From Antedon mediterranea (lineage: Eukaryota; Animalia; Echinodermata): a DNA stretch of 64,000 nucleotides. The DNA lies in the NCBI RefSeq assembly GCF_964355755.1, contig NC_092675.1:2227812-2291811 (forward strand). The letters run 5' to 3'. The position numbers were made by a program, and so were the translations under genes. Below are positions 24,914 through 39,368 of this stretch, one piece after another; positions within the stretch are counted from its first letter, which is position 1, and every line of letters starts with the position of its first letter. The notes beneath the pieces were generated by a model. It searched no databases. It saw nothing but the letters and a program-made list of their open reading frames with translations, and was not told where the DNA came from.

Positions 24914-26977
24914 TTATTCTTCCAGACGACGATGTGCTGTGCCCCCGTGGTGTTGGTGGCGCGGTGGTGGTGGTGTGTGACGTCATGACCCGTGGTTATC
25001 TCAAACGCAGCCAATTGGTCACAAGTAGATTCAGACAATTCTAAACTTTCTATCCAATCACGCGGTTCCAGTTCAGATCTTCACACTATTGATGGAAATC
25101 GAGTCTCCTTACTTTCTTGTTTTATACTTCCTGCCCCTGATATGTCGATCCATATTTTCTTTTTAATGATGACAATTTAATTAAAATCAATTAAAACTGT
25201 CATAATCAGATCAAATGGCAATGACTTTTTTTTTTGGTGTAGGCCTATTTGCATATGTCTGTGCAATCCTCTTTTATATTTTAAAGACTCCAGCAGAGTA
25301 GTACAACCAAACTTGCATGACCATAAACATAGCTGCTCAGAAAACGAAATAACTGTATTACCGACACCCCTCAGAAATCACATTTTGAACCATTGACACA
25401 ACAAGCCGCCCTAGCGGCAGTACAAACACTCGACAGGAAAATAAACAAAAACACAGATAGGTGTGTGTGTGTGTGTTTTGTGTTAACATTGAAAAACATA
25501 CCAGCATTTAACCAAATAGGAAGAGAAATATATCATGTAGGATTTTTTTTTAAAGGTACGTATCACTTCAGTATTTGCGAAATGATAATAAACAACTAGA
25601 CCGTATTTTAAATTTGCTAACTTTTGGCGCACCGTACAAGCATTTAACTAACTTATAACAGTAAGACTACAGGGAATGACATCAATGATGTTAAGGTACA
25701 TAGCCCTATATTTGGATATAGGCTTAACTTGAGATACTGTAGCAACTGAATTCAGTAATATTTCGATAACTAGGTGGGTAGAGTTAGTTTGCCAGTTGCG
25801 GAAATACTTTACAGTGTTGTAGGATGTATGATGTGAGATTGAATTAAATACAACCTTGTACAGGAATTTAAGTTGGGCTACAAGACATACAATAATAAAT
25901 ATAAGAAAACGCTTTATGACTACACTCACTTGTGTGTTTATCTGATAGCAAATAGATATTAAAAATAATTATTATAAATCGTTATTTTTAGCATGATAGG
26001 TAGTCTGATGACGTAATCGTGAGCAATTGCCCTATAGTGAAAATAATTTTTTTTGTATCAGATTTATAATCTTTTATGCAATTACCTTGACATTGAAAAT
26101 GTGAATTATTAACCTTATGTTAAGAATACAAATGAAATGTATATTATGTGAACTATTAAGTATCCTTTGTGTTGGTCAGGTTTGTACTTTTATAAGCACG
26201 TTTATCGCTGTCTTCCAAGGCCTTAATTATAATACAATCATATTATGAAGAAAAGCTAATGAATTGGAGAAAGTACTAGAAGACTCCCACTAAAGACGTA
26301 AAAATTGGTTACGCAAAAACGTAAGCCTAACGGAAGTAATTGGTCCAATCACGACGTGATGAATGATGCCTGATTCATCGTCGTGAAATTACGTCCTAAG
26401 TAGTCTGGGTTCCAGACAGAGTTTTTACTAAATATTAGTAAAAAGATAAATATTTTTGCACATATGGCGTTTCATACGTATAATACTTGAGCTTGTTTTT
26501 TTCAGACAAAAATCGAAAAGTCGAAAACATAAAAGAAAAAATACATACTTGGGGCAAGTCTACAAGGTATGGTGCGCCCCGTATACAGCTTCGTTATGTA
26601 AGTATCAAGTACCCACCCCACTATGTTTTACTCCACGTGGAGAATAATTTAACTGATTGTGAAAAGGGTGTGACAAAACCAACAATTTGCTACCATGAAC
26701 GTGTAAATTATTAATTAAGTCCATGGTGATACGAAGAATTTAAAATGTTATAATTTCCGGCGATAACAGAGACAAATTGAGATATTCAAGGACAATTGCG
26801 TTTATGATTGTTATCTGTACTTTTTGTACTTTTTTTTCAAGTCAAGTGAATCGTTTCTTTTTGTAATCGTGTGTCGTCGAACTGACAATAGTCTCGTGAC
26901 GTCACGTGTTTCATTATTGAGATGCCTCAGTCTGGGTTTCATTCGTATCCCTTAAATAAATCTTGGATTGAGCGTTA

Positions 26978-27116
26978 AGGGCAATTTACTCAGACGAGCG
27001 GGAACGATAATACGCCAAGTGCGGAGCGAACTGGCAATTTCCGCTAAGCTTCTACGTGGGACAAACTACGCGGTTTTCCGCTTACCGATATACCGCTCGT
27101 CTGTGTATATTAGTCT
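26978..27116. mobile_element. Small MITE-like foldback
   Basis: AC(T/A)CAGACGAGCGG occurs inverted near both ends, with TAA/TTA-like flanks. Confidence 0.5.
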
Positions 27117-28697
27117 TTAAATGCGAAAGGTACATTTTCTATATCCTAAATTAACCAAGTCTATATTCTAAATCTGCCAACACCCTTACCTTTTCCTCAA
27201 CTCAGATATCTAAGGTAAGGTATAATTGGTAAAAATTCCATCCACTAAAATGTTGTCATAAATATATCAATTTATCATCCCATAAATAACCCAAACTCAG
27301 CCTTCAATCTGAAAATTCGATTTTGGATAGTGATAGAAAAAACAGAACTTCTCCATTAGTCCTAAATCTGTCATTTTCATGTAGATTTTGTTACAAATTA
27401 TTACGAAAAGAATGAAATTGTGATGAAGTGCCATCTCTTCTTTAAATGCAGTCAACACATATTGCTTTGATCTATGCAGTCTTTTAAATTTGGGCCAGAA
27501 TATGTTTTTAATATTCAGCAATATTGTTCGGTGGTTTCATAAAAGGCCTAACTAGGCGGAGTATGATATCGTTTGACTGCTTTATGAGGGTAAGTTACCT
27601 TGAAACTCATAGATGCAACCACAACATTAACAACCACAAACAAAGAGTAGCAATTTATAGTAAAGTTCATTTTAATTTCTTGTGTTTTAAAATATATAAT
27701 AATTTTGCCGCAATTTTTGAGTAACAGACGTGGTGTATTTGCAGTTTTGCACGTTTAAGTTTTTGAAAAGTGTCAGGGCCACCACATGATATGATGTGAA
27801 TTGCGAGTCCTTGCTTATAATTCAATTTAAAGAAGTTTACCTTCAAGCTTCACAGAATGCTTATTGTCCGGGGTAGTGGGGTATGGGGAACTGAGTCTAT
27901 CGAAGTTAGGTATGTCGTCGAGAAGTCTGTTCAGAACATGCTCTAAGAAAAACGTTGAGGTGGAAACAGTGACGGATCCAGGATTTTGAAATAGGGGGCT
28001 TATTATGGCAAAGTTGAGAACGAACACAGTTATACGTTTAAACACACACACATTTCTTATAATAGGGACTTTTCGATCCGCGACTCCTAAACCGATACCG
28101 ATAATTATTCATTGTGACGTCATCTGTTAAAGTTAAGGTTAAAGTTCATAATATAAAACTCAGTATCATCATTCATCCTCCGTTTAAAAATGTTGTTGAT
28201 ATGAGTTAGGCCTTTATTATTACGATGTCAAACATCATACTAGGCATATATAAAGTGGCAACCATAATTTATTATCAAAGAACATTTGTCATTTGCTTCA
28301 AAAAGTATGTTGAATTAAATTAGAATCGACTTCACACCAGTGTTACATACCGCAGAACATTTCCAACACTGAAAAGGTATGTGTACCTTGCCTATAAAAC
28401 ATTAAATTACACGTATAATGTCTGCAGTCTATCAATGTGCATTATTCGATCCGGGTACTACATACTTATTATGGAGGTATCATTCTCTGGAAGGCCGGTG
28501 TACTTTGCAACATGACCGCAAATAGAAAATCTATACGTTGGCTAAGTTTACCAAAAAGCCCATAGGCTATTGACAATACTCGTCAAAGAAAACATCCATA
28601 AGAAAATTCACATTTAAGAGGACGTTTCTAGATAAACCTAACGTCTGCAGATCATTATGTGTCTGATTATTATTATTATATAACAGAATAACTTTAA

Positions 28698-28853
28698 AGC
28701 GCTGTCTACACTATCAAACTAGTTTGACAAAAAAGTGTGATGTATATTATGTGCCCAAATATCGTAGTGATGTACCCAATATGGTGTCCATGTCCATATT
28801 ATGGGCACATCACATTTTTTTGTCACATACAGTTTGATAGTGTAGACAGAGCT
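28698..28853. mobile_element. MITE family A copy
   Basis: Same TIRs with a perfect TAA target duplication. Confidence 0.85.
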
Positions 28854-31800
28854 TAACAATAAATTATTTATCTCATGTGAGGTAAACTATCGTAATATTT
28901 GTCTTTATTATTGTAGAAATGAATAATGAAATATTGAATGGATGTCCACAGGCGAAAGTTACTTATATACCTGATTCAATCTGATGGCTGGAATGATATA
29001 GTTATAGTTTTATGAATGCTATAAGTAACTAACGAAGTTCATATGAATATCACATATTATCAATTTTAACATTCACTGTCAATTGAATTAATGGAACACA
29101 AATATTAAATAAAAAATAGAAATTTATTTTACATATTGATTTTCACGAAACATTTTTTGCATTTATTTTGCAAAGTCATATATAACCTATTACTTCTCAC
29201 GCTAGATTACAAAATTAACGTACAATTTCCTAACGTTTAAAAAAGAATAAAAACTATTCCGATTATGCTTAAAATTTCATTTCATGCTCCAGGGATCTCA
29301 AAGATATTTTATAATTGCAGAATTAAATCAACAAAACGTTTCTTTCTATCTATTCTATTATAAAATCTATGACGGGGAAAATTGATTATTTGATAGTCTG
29401 CGATTGTATGATCATGTTCTGATATCTCTTAAAAATAATCTTTTTATCAAATGGAAGGAATATTTATTAATATTATTGGTATGCATAGATCATTCAAACC
29501 AAGCATATAGAATTACTAATTGCGTGTAAAAACTTGTAAACATGTTTCTTGTATATTGGCGTTTAAAGTTCAAACATGGCGTAACACCACTTTCCTTTCA
29601 ACATTTTCTTTGTTTTGTTATTTATTTAGAGTGATGTGAATTGTCGTGGTGCATTATACAATGGTTTGATATTCAAATTATATTAATCAGATCGATCAGC
29701 ATCTTATTTACTTATCAATTTTTTGGTGGGTGTGGCCCACTTTTATTTATTCTATCATTCCATGACAAAGATATATATACAAAAATTTAAAAAAACAATA
29801 TGTGTATAATTATACATATCGTTTAAAAACACAACTTACTTATTATTTTTAATATAACGCATTAATATAATCGATTTGAGACGACCTCTATCTAACACTT
29901 TGAAGTTGATCTACGTTTCTTCCCTTTTATAGAATATTAGCAATAACGTCAAAACAATGACGTCACATTGATTAAGTATATAGTTTTTAAAGTGGATCGT
30001 TTTCGATGGAAAACTATGATAAAATGATGATGCCACAGGACCTGTTGTAACAATGGCCCAACTACAGTTTTAAACTAACAACCATATTCATGAATTCTCC
30101 ACATCTGATTTAATCTGAAACTAGCCCCGGAGATGAATTTCTTTAACTTGTGTGACTAATTGATTAACTTTTCTCATTTATTCACCGCCACGCCAAACCT
30201 CGGCTTCTTTTTAACCCGACATTTTAGCGCCTTTGGGCAATGCGGCGAAAAAAATACACTACATTTACCGATGTGTTACGAATCATTCATACCAGAACAG
30301 GAATACGTATGGGGACAAACTTGCACGGAATTACTTCTCTTGAAAAAAAGAAGCATACTGTACATTTGCATTGCTTAAACCGGATATAAGGAGATTCGTT
30401 CAAATTCATATTATGAATATATATTTTGTTCAGTGTATCTTGAATAAAAAAAAAAAAATTTATACAAAAACAAGCAGATCATTATCATTATTATGAATAA
30501 CGGTATTTTTTTGTATCAAAAACTTGTCTACCTTGGTATGTTAATGGTTCTAAAAAATACCTAAAATGGTACAGGCATGCAAAACATGTATGTAATATCA
30601 TCCGTTTGCCAGTAATTGTGTTTACAATAGTTTTAATACCGTTTATCTCTAAGGGGAAATTTATGGGAATAAACAACTAAGTTGTCGCGAAGACGTATTT
30701 TCATTTTACCTATGTACCCGCCTATGTAATAGTAATATAGGCCTAAGTACCATAGTAATAGTAAGTAGTAGCAACAACATGGAGATCAATACAGTAGGCC
30801 AACTGTCTTTGTCATCATTTGATAACCAGAGATGTTGTGATGAGTAGGCCTGAGTGGTGACCCAAATGTTGTTAATTGTGGGTAAGCGAACGGAAACACA
30901 CGCCCAGAAATGCTGGGGTTAAGGGCAAATAAATGCCCTTTTCGCAAAATTAAACCCTGATCTATGATCTATAGTTATTTAATCGTATTGTATGTATAAG
31001 AACAGTTGTACGGTTTATTCGAGGACGATTTAATAACTAGAATATTGTGCTATTACACATACAACCTTCCATTGCAAGAAAGTATACTACTGTACTACTT
31101 TATCGTACAATTTAGATACACCATCTATTACATTTTTCCCCAGATTAATTTTTTTACCAAAACCGACATCAGCTGCAGCAGCTGTTCCGTTTTATAAAAT
31201 CCAGGTGTAGGCCTATTAGATTCATTTCAAACATGAATAGTGTTTTAAAATGTTCTTATTTATAACGTCTAATTATTGTTAAATTATTATAAATAAGATG
31301 AATGAATAGGAGATTTCAAAATAGCTATATTTGGTGGTTTTGTGGGCGGTTTTTGTGTTCCCAAAAAATCATATTTCAGATATAAAATCGTTTTCCGATT
31401 GTAGGCCTATAGGTTTGACCTAGGTGCGAAGAAGATGGACGAGATATAGGATCATAGGTGGCCTAGGCAAACTTGATTGCAAATAATACCCAAAGGGCTA
31501 TTGTGATTGAGTGTCCACTGGGTCTGTTTTCTGTAGTTTAACACGATAAATTGTAAAAAGAAATGTCCTCTAACCACATTCCAATATAACTGAATTGCAA
31601 TATAATGACTTATGTCCATGTTATTGACATTTTATAGCTTGCTGATTTTGTTATTAATAGCAGATATTCATTTGATGAGATTTTAAGATTAGTTCAACGT
31701 CACCGGAGGTATTCATACAAAAGTTACACTGACCAGGGTGGTATGTATTTTAACGCCTCCATGCACAAACAGGCTTACAGTTGAATTGACTTTTAAACTT

Positions 31801-33353
31801 ATTTGTCCATTTTGTTTTTTACACTTTTTTTTGTTAAATGAACACTAACAAAACGCTTAGGTTATACGTATTGGAACATATTTAGGGTTGGATATATTTA
31901 AATGACCAGCTAGGCCTAATATTGTTATGGTGCGCCATAGATCAGTATCCCCAACTTTTTGTTGGCGACCGTAATGACGCACAGCACCCTAATCCTGTGT
32001 ACAGCCTATGTTGCAAAAAGAACAGATAATGGTTGGGCTGAGACCGGTCAAGAAGGGATTTTCACCTTGTCCAACAATAATATATGAATATATGAAATAG
32101 TAAATTTAAACCCAGTGGTAATTTGTATAATCTAAAATAGTATAGGCTATACTAAATAGGCTACTAGCCATAGAAACACTTCTTTAAAAAAACGTTAAAA
32201 AAACTAATGTTGAACTCCAAAAATAAATTAACATCAAACTGTTAATTAAAACATGAGAACCATAACTTGCAATGCTAAAACATGAACACAGGTAATCACA
32301 GGTATATAAGATATACGCATCTGCATAAACGAATGCGGTTACAATATTTGTAATTTAAGCCCAAAAAAATTGCCTTAAAATTCGTCAATACACAAAAATT
32401 CAGAAACAAACAAGCTAACAAAATCGTCTCATTTCGGCTAATATGACATTTACGCATTTTGCTGAAATTCCATAGAAAGTTTAGGTATATAGGCCTATCT
32501 AATAACTGTCATTTCTGGTTAATATCGAATGCGTTTCCTGAAATTCCTTGTCTTTTAGAGTCAAAAACGTTACCTCCCAAAGTATAATAAAGCAACATAT
32601 GAAAATAACTTGTTGAACTTTTAAAGAGGATGCTGAACTACTTCAGGTTGGAAGAAATAAAGAGAAGGAATGGATGCAATTTAAAATTCAGTTAAAGGAA
32701 AATATAGATTGGTCTTAAATTAACTGAGGTCTAATATAGTGTTATTTAATATAATAATATATACATTTTGATACAGAATAAGGAGCATTTGTCATGGCAA
32801 TTACTGGATTTATTCTGCGAAATGCAATTCCATAGAACAAAAAGCTAAAGTGAGGCCTTAATGAAATTAATCGATGTTATAACAACAAAATAATTGTTCA
32901 ATTGTCAGTCTTTTCTGAAATACCTTTAAATAGTATAGTTAGTTCCTGGATTATATTACATATACTTTCAGTTTTAACTTCTGATTTCTATAAACTCCAA
33001 TCATTTTAGCAAAGTAGGCCTATATAATATTGTTAACACATCTACATAGATAAGTCAACTATATTCTGTGCAGGTTCTTTCTCTAAACTTATATCATAGG
33101 ATCGGTTTCTTAATTGAAGAGAGGGATTAGGATCTTTTCACGAAATAAGTTCCTACTTAATGACATTATGACAACATCCAGTACACTATTATACCAGATC
33201 CCGCTTTGTTCGCATATCTTTGAAATAATAGAATTGTACTGATAATGACAGGGGTTAACTTCTATTGTTATTATCGGTAGGCTCGTATGTTGCGTTTAGA
33301 CCTTATGACTCGAGCAGCCTAGTTCGGAGCATTGTATGTAGCTGATAGCATAA

Positions 33354-33514
33354 AGCTTTGTCTACACTATCAAACTTTATATGTCAAAAAAATGTGATGT
33401 GCCCATATATGGACATGATGATGTCATATCACTACCACATTTAAGCATAGCACTACCATATATAGGCACATCAAACTTTTTTGACACATAAAGTTTGATA
33501 GTGTAGATAAGGCT
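33354..33514. mobile_element. MITE family A copy
   Basis: Same TIRs, flanked by TAA/TTA, about 220 bp into Wnt intron 1. Confidence 0.8.
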
Positions 33515-33737
33515 TTATGTAGGCCTAGATACCTTACTATAACATTCCGTAGTGTTTCGGTTTTTTAAAGTAGGTTATTCGGAATATTAAATGCTTGTAA
33601 TTTTGTGAATACTAAGAAATGTTGGTACCGTTTCTAAAAACAACAACATGCCAATGCCCACTACTATTGGAACCGGTTACTAAGTAAATGCAGTGCTGAT
33701 GATTTAATTAATATTATATAAAACAATTGTCACTTAC

Positions 33738-33817
33738 CTTTGATGTTTATCAAAAAATCCAAGATAGAAAAATATTAAGAAGAAAAATACCGGTCTGTTC
33801 CTATGCAGCATTTTCAT
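33738..33817 (-). CDS. WntA: Wnt ligand (WntA-like), coding exon 1 (signal peptide)
   Basis: Reads MKMLHRNRPVFFFLIFFYLGFFDKHQ, a basic N-terminus plus hydrophobic core, then AG|GTAAGT. The phase-2 donor matches the phase of the exon at 20572. Too short for the ORF track. Confidence 0.7.
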
Positions 33818-34374
33818 TAAATTGTTTATAAATTCCGCTTTTAGTAAAATATTGTTCACCATAAAATACGAGAACAGTTTTCTAAACCGAAGAAGAAAAT
33901 AAACTGAACTATTATTGATCGTAAAAAATCGAAAACTCTGTTCAATTGACTGCGTCTTCCATAAACATACGATAAAATATCGTTTCAGAAGTGTTTAGCC
34001 CTGTCGGCTGTTTACAGTATATTCACACATACACAGGCAAATGATCTCACCCCAGCTGTACTCTTCTTTGTATCCACCTGTATCGAATTGGTTGACTACA
34101 TAAATAACGCTTGAATTTATGATCATTGATGATGACTATCGTTTCTAGGCTGTATCGTCTCCGGACTCAAATATGTTCACTTTCACGGTTAAGGCGCGAT
34201 ATGTTTGTATTTAATTTCCGCTTGAAATATTTTTTTTTCTTCAGAGAAAATGAAATTAACCGAATGTTTCACTGTCTGCTGGGACTTTTCGAGATGAAAA
34301 CTATTATGCTGAAAAGAAAGTTTTGTTGTACTACGTTCCAACGTCTTGTTGTATCTATTTTTGGGTAACGGTCG

Positions 34375-34400
34375 CTCCTGATTGGCTGACGTCAGTTCTA
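34375..34400 (-). promoter_or_regulatory. Candidate Wnt proximal promoter element (CCAAT box abutting a full CRE)
   Basis: ATTGG at 34381-34385 and TGACGTCA at 34387-34394, about 570 bp upstream of the Wnt ATG in a locally CpG-richer stretch. Confidence 0.4.
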
Positions 34401-35282
34401 ATAACAACTCCCTGGTCAGACCATGCGTGGAAAGTCAACGTTACGGTGTAATTTCAGAATGAAAACGTGTTCATGAAACGTGGACGTGGGAACTTATTAT
34501 AAAGTCATATACAAATTGTAATTGTGTTAATATAGCACTGTTCGATTGACGGGATGATAGAGGAGGGGCTAGAAAAGTTATTGTTATTCAATTGTGTAAT
34601 ATAGGCCTACGGTTAAACTACTTTCCGCGGGGTTGCCTTCACTGTTAAGCATGCAGGCATATTAAGATCGTCGGAACAAAACCCCAAACAGCCTTGAGTC
34701 TTTTTTCTTCATACATTTATTTTTGTCATAATTAACTACTCGCGTAGTTGTATTGTTTGCAAACATTTGTTAAGTTTGCACGCCTTATAATCTGATTAAC
34801 GAGTCGTTGACTCCAGCGATTCTATTCATGGTGCTATGATCGTCGTAAAGGGACCATGTACAAATTATTCTACTCCAGTTAGGCCTACTACACTAACTAC
34901 ATTTTGTTTATGCGATTAATAATATTTTGATGACCATACGCTACCTATTAAACTTCTACATTGAAACAAATATATTATTCAGTTACTGTAGTTACCTCAG
35001 TAACTGCAGTAGAATCATGTTGGCGCGAACTCTGATAGAGAATACTAAAACTCTTTATTATTTGTACGAATCCAAACAAATTTAACGCAGTTAAGAACAA
35101 TTCTTAATAATACACTTGTAGCATAGTCAGACTAATTACGCTCAAAATATTAATAACATCATTCAAAACAAGTTGAATCATTTCATCAAAAGCATCTAAA
35201 ACTGTAATTATAGAGTAACGTACAAAAAGTATGCTAATCTGAGTAGGCCTATGCTTTATGTATTTTCATGTTTCTTTTTTAA

Positions 35283-35422
35283 AGCTCTGTCTACACTTTC
35301 AAACTAGTTTGACAAAAAAAAGTGTAATGTGCCCAAATATGGTAGCAATGTGACATTATCGGGCCCATATATGGGCACATCACATTTTTTGTCACATAAA
35401 GTTTGATAGTGTAGACAGAGCT
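35283..35422. mobile_element. MITE family A copy
   Basis: Near-perfect 23-bp TIRs. Confidence 0.8.
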
Positions 35423-36126
35423 TGGAGCGCACTTACAAACTTAACAATTTAAACGTATAAGTTTCAATGCTATAATCGGTAACAAACATCTGAGAATGGG
35501 GAAAAGGTCTGGGGAAAATGGTTGTTATAGTTATTTTACCCAAACTAAACGGTTCATGTTTTGGTCGGTATCAACTTCAACCCCCAAAATCGTATTTCTG
35601 CTTTAATAAATAATTCAATAGAAGATGTCTACGTCTGTTTTGGTCATGTCTTCAAACCCTTGACATAGGTCTATGCCTAATTTATTCTTTCCGATTTATT
35701 TCAAGCGTCCCTGTTTATCTTCGTTATTGATCCAGTCGGATGGACTTTCTAAAACGGAAACAAAATATTTGTCGAAATCTTCATTTCTACTTTTCTTAAG
35801 TATGTAGAATGTATAGGTTGATACTTAAATCATCAACAATTAGAGTTAAGATTGAAAAGATGGTCGTCTGCAAAATAATTGACGTTATAAAGTAAAGGTT
35901 TTATAGAGGACGCTGTATTTTCTTGTAGCTTTATCAGAACGTGTTGAAAAACAATTGTCGAAATCTATTTCCACTTGTTGAAACTTTACAGAGGGCGCTG
36001 TGTATTATTGTAGCTTTCTCAGAACATGAAGCAGTGCTGTACGTACTTTATATCACGTAATTCATCGTTAGGTCATAAATATATTCATGACCGTCAAAGC
36101 TGGTATTAACCTGTCTATATCCAAGA

Positions 36127-36420
36127 TGACCGGTTACCTCAGTCGGCTGCGCAGCGTCGTGTTAACATGGATGTCATGGGTTCGAACCCCATGCTGGTCG
36201 TGGTGGAATAGAGTTAAAGTTATATGCTACTGTGTTTGGGCAGGGAGTTGTTTACAACTCCCTGGTTTGGGGTTCACAGAATAATACGTCCCCCTTTCCA
36301 CCACACAAGCAGGTCAATGCATCTGGTGATGCCGTGGAAACGACACAATGTATCTGCCACAGCATTGAGATCGTTTCCACGACATTACCATATGTAGGGA
36401 GAGGACACTATGACAATATT
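36127..36420 (+). mobile_element. tRNA-derived SINE
   Basis: A-box-like TACCTCAGTCGG and B-box GGGTTCGAACCCC followed by a GC-rich body. No complete cloverleaf. Confidence 0.55.
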
Positions 36421-38518
36421 ACTGGGTCACTTAACTTTTGTTTGTTTTTTTTTTCTGTGGATTCGATCTCGTAAATGTTATGCTTAGCGCCCTCAATTTT
36501 AAGAAAGGGTGGGGTGGGGGTGTGTTTCTGTAAGATCAAATACGCAATGTTGGGTCGCGAAAATTCCCAAAATAGGATCATGGGGTCGCGGTCTAAAAAT
36601 GTTGCTGAACGCTGGTATAGTGGGATTGTAATGCGTCCTCTTGACGTATTCATAATAGAAAATAAAACTCACTCGATTACAATAGGCCTACAGTAATTAT
36701 AGAATTAAAAAAATAGTGATACTGGTTGGCAAGCATGCTATGGAAATCATTATAGTGAGCAGGAGAAGTGATTTTTTAAATGAATACAAGAACGAATGAT
36801 ACCTTTACGTTTTTTATTGCAAAATTTGTTAACAACTTATCTAACAGTAATAGTATGCTCAAAATAGTAACACCCAACTCCCTCCCCCCGTCATTTATAA
36901 AATGAATAAAATACAGTACACTCATCACATCAAAATTTATGACATGACATCATAACTTTCAAAAAATTGCCTAAACTCTAGTTATACTCTTTAAAAAAAA
37001 ATGTGCAATGATTTTAATATTTATTAATTTTTTTTCTCTACTACATGCCTAGAATTTTGTTTAACCAGGCACAATGTTAACAGAATGTATGTGCATTAAC
37101 TATTGCTGTGAAAATGGGGTTCTTTATGATGTTCACAGTAAATCATTAATTTTTAATGAAGGTTTATCACAGCTTTACTGATAAAAGCTTGGATGCAGTT
37201 AAACCAGTCTGCTGCCCTCTATTTCAATAAATGGATCCAGAAATAATTAAAACATGATTTTGACCCAAAAAGAAAACATCGCAAATATTAATTATTTGCT
37301 CGTCTGCAGTAACCAGTTTATAGCCTGAAGTAAGGAAAACATACAGAACCTAAAATTTACACACAAATAAAATACTCTGAATGTTATATTTTTAGAAGTG
37401 ATTGCGAATAATTAAAACTACAGTACATTGTTTTGTCTAAATTGCCAAGTTGTTAAACCCTATTCTCTGTACTGTACTACATATCCAAATATGGCATTAT
37501 GCCCAGTATCAAGGCAAATTCTGTAATACAGTATCACATATGGCACCTGTATTATGTTAAGATTATGTTAGGCTTATGGCATGGTAATACAGACATCGCA
37601 TGTGATACAGATGTATCACAGAATTCACCTTGATACGGTGCAAATTATAGATACAGCACAGAGAATCAACTAACTAAATAGGGCGATACTGTTTATTTCC
37701 GTTTTACAACAGATATGCAAATAAGACTATGTGTGTACAGTCATTTGATTTTACAATTAGTAGTTACACTGTAATGCATAACCTTCAATACAACATAATC
37801 AACTGTAGTAACACAACCTTGACAATATGCATTCACAAGACTTTTGCAAATCTACAAAAAGGAAGGATAAATTTGATAGAATAAGGGGCTGTTTCTAAGG
37901 AATATTTAACTGACAGACATAAGGCTTTTAAGTCGTTTAGATTATCCCTGATGGAGCCTTTTATATTCCCAGTAGGACTAGAGGTCAAATGAGCTGACTG
38001 TCTAAAATGTTTCTTTTTTGCTTGTTGTTGTTGAAAGTACTGAGAAGAAGTGTCATATCTGTTTCCTGTAGAATACTAACATCTTGGGAGTGTAGTATTT
38101 AAAACTTGCAAAATGCAGTACAAATATGATAAGTGCAAAAAGTAAAGTGTAAATTAATCATTGGCCAAGTTCAACAAATTTCCTAATGAAAACAGAATTA
38201 TTGGATTGACCTTCGACCTAAACACTAAAAAAATGTAGTAAACCCTATCAGAATCCTTAAAAACGTTGATAAAAGAAATTCATTGTACAATGTGTTAAAA
38301 ATATTCACCTTAAAATTCTTTAATTTTATAGTAAATTCTATTTTATGTATACTTTTTGACAGTTTAAGACTGCAATAAAGACTGTTTTATATGAAAAGTA
38401 TTGTTCACCGATTTAATATCGTTACAAATTTAGCAATACACATACTCTGTATATTTAAATAGACTATCCATAACACCAAAATGTCCCATATTCTTTCCTA
38501 TAGTGTATTCTGTAAACC

Positions 38519-38686
38519 CGATATTTTTGGCTACCAGATATTTTGGGCTACCAGATATTTTGGGCTACCAGATATTTTAGACTACCCGATATTTTGGACT
38601 ACCAGATATTTTGGACTACCCAATATTTTGGGCTACAAGATATTTGGGCTACCAAATATATGATACCAGATATTTTGGGCTACCAG
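38519..38686. repeat. 17-bp minisatellite (GATATTTTGGGCTACCA), about 10 copies
   Basis: Directly visible; lies in the predicted ZNF608/609 3' UTR. Confidence 0.9.
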
Positions 38687-39368
38687 TGTTTGGGTATGGG
38701 ACAGTTGAATTTGATTTAGATACCTTGTTTAAACAACTGCACCATTTTAACATGTACAAATTATACAAAGTTTAGTTGATATTAGTACCATAAAAAATGT
38801 ACATTTTCTATAATAAAAAAAAGGGGGGGGGGGGGGGGGTGGTGGTATAAAAATAATGCTAATAAGGGCTGGGGTTAACTATATGAGCTTATACAAAACA
38901 ACATAATACACTGAAAATTAGATTCTGGGAGTAATTCACAAATACTCCTTCGTTCTTCTTTCAGTTTCAATAAACGATCTTCTTGATAATTGTCCTCCAC
39001 TTGTCTTTGATGGATAACAAACATAAATCATACATTTAAAACACGTCTTAATCATGTACTGGAGTAAACCAATAGCAACAAAATAATTTGCATCAATATC
39101 TACGCTACATCACATCCGTCGAGTGTCCATAGCATAATCAATACAGTAGTATCTAGACTTGCAAAACAAAGCGCATCCACTGAGTGTTCAAACACTAATC
39201 AATGTCGTATTGAGGTTTCCAAAAGAAATGTGTTACAAAAAGTGTATAAACGATTAGTAGTGAAACAAGTAATATATCAAACGTTTATTTTTATTTCAGA
39301 AATAATTCGATCCATCTGCTGTGGTGCACAAGGAAAAGTCTTCAATCACTCAGGGTACTAATAGTTTT

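Noticed and set aside
28060-28660. Possible Harbinger transposase remnant (LIDC-like peptide)
   Set aside because: A single short motif with no continuous frame and no paired TIR found.
36127-36200. Possible tRNA gene
   Set aside because: Only A/B-box-like motifs; no complete cloverleaf, and it runs into a SINE-like body.
38481-38663. 60-aa repetitive ORF
   Set aside because: Translation artefact of the 17-bp minisatellite.
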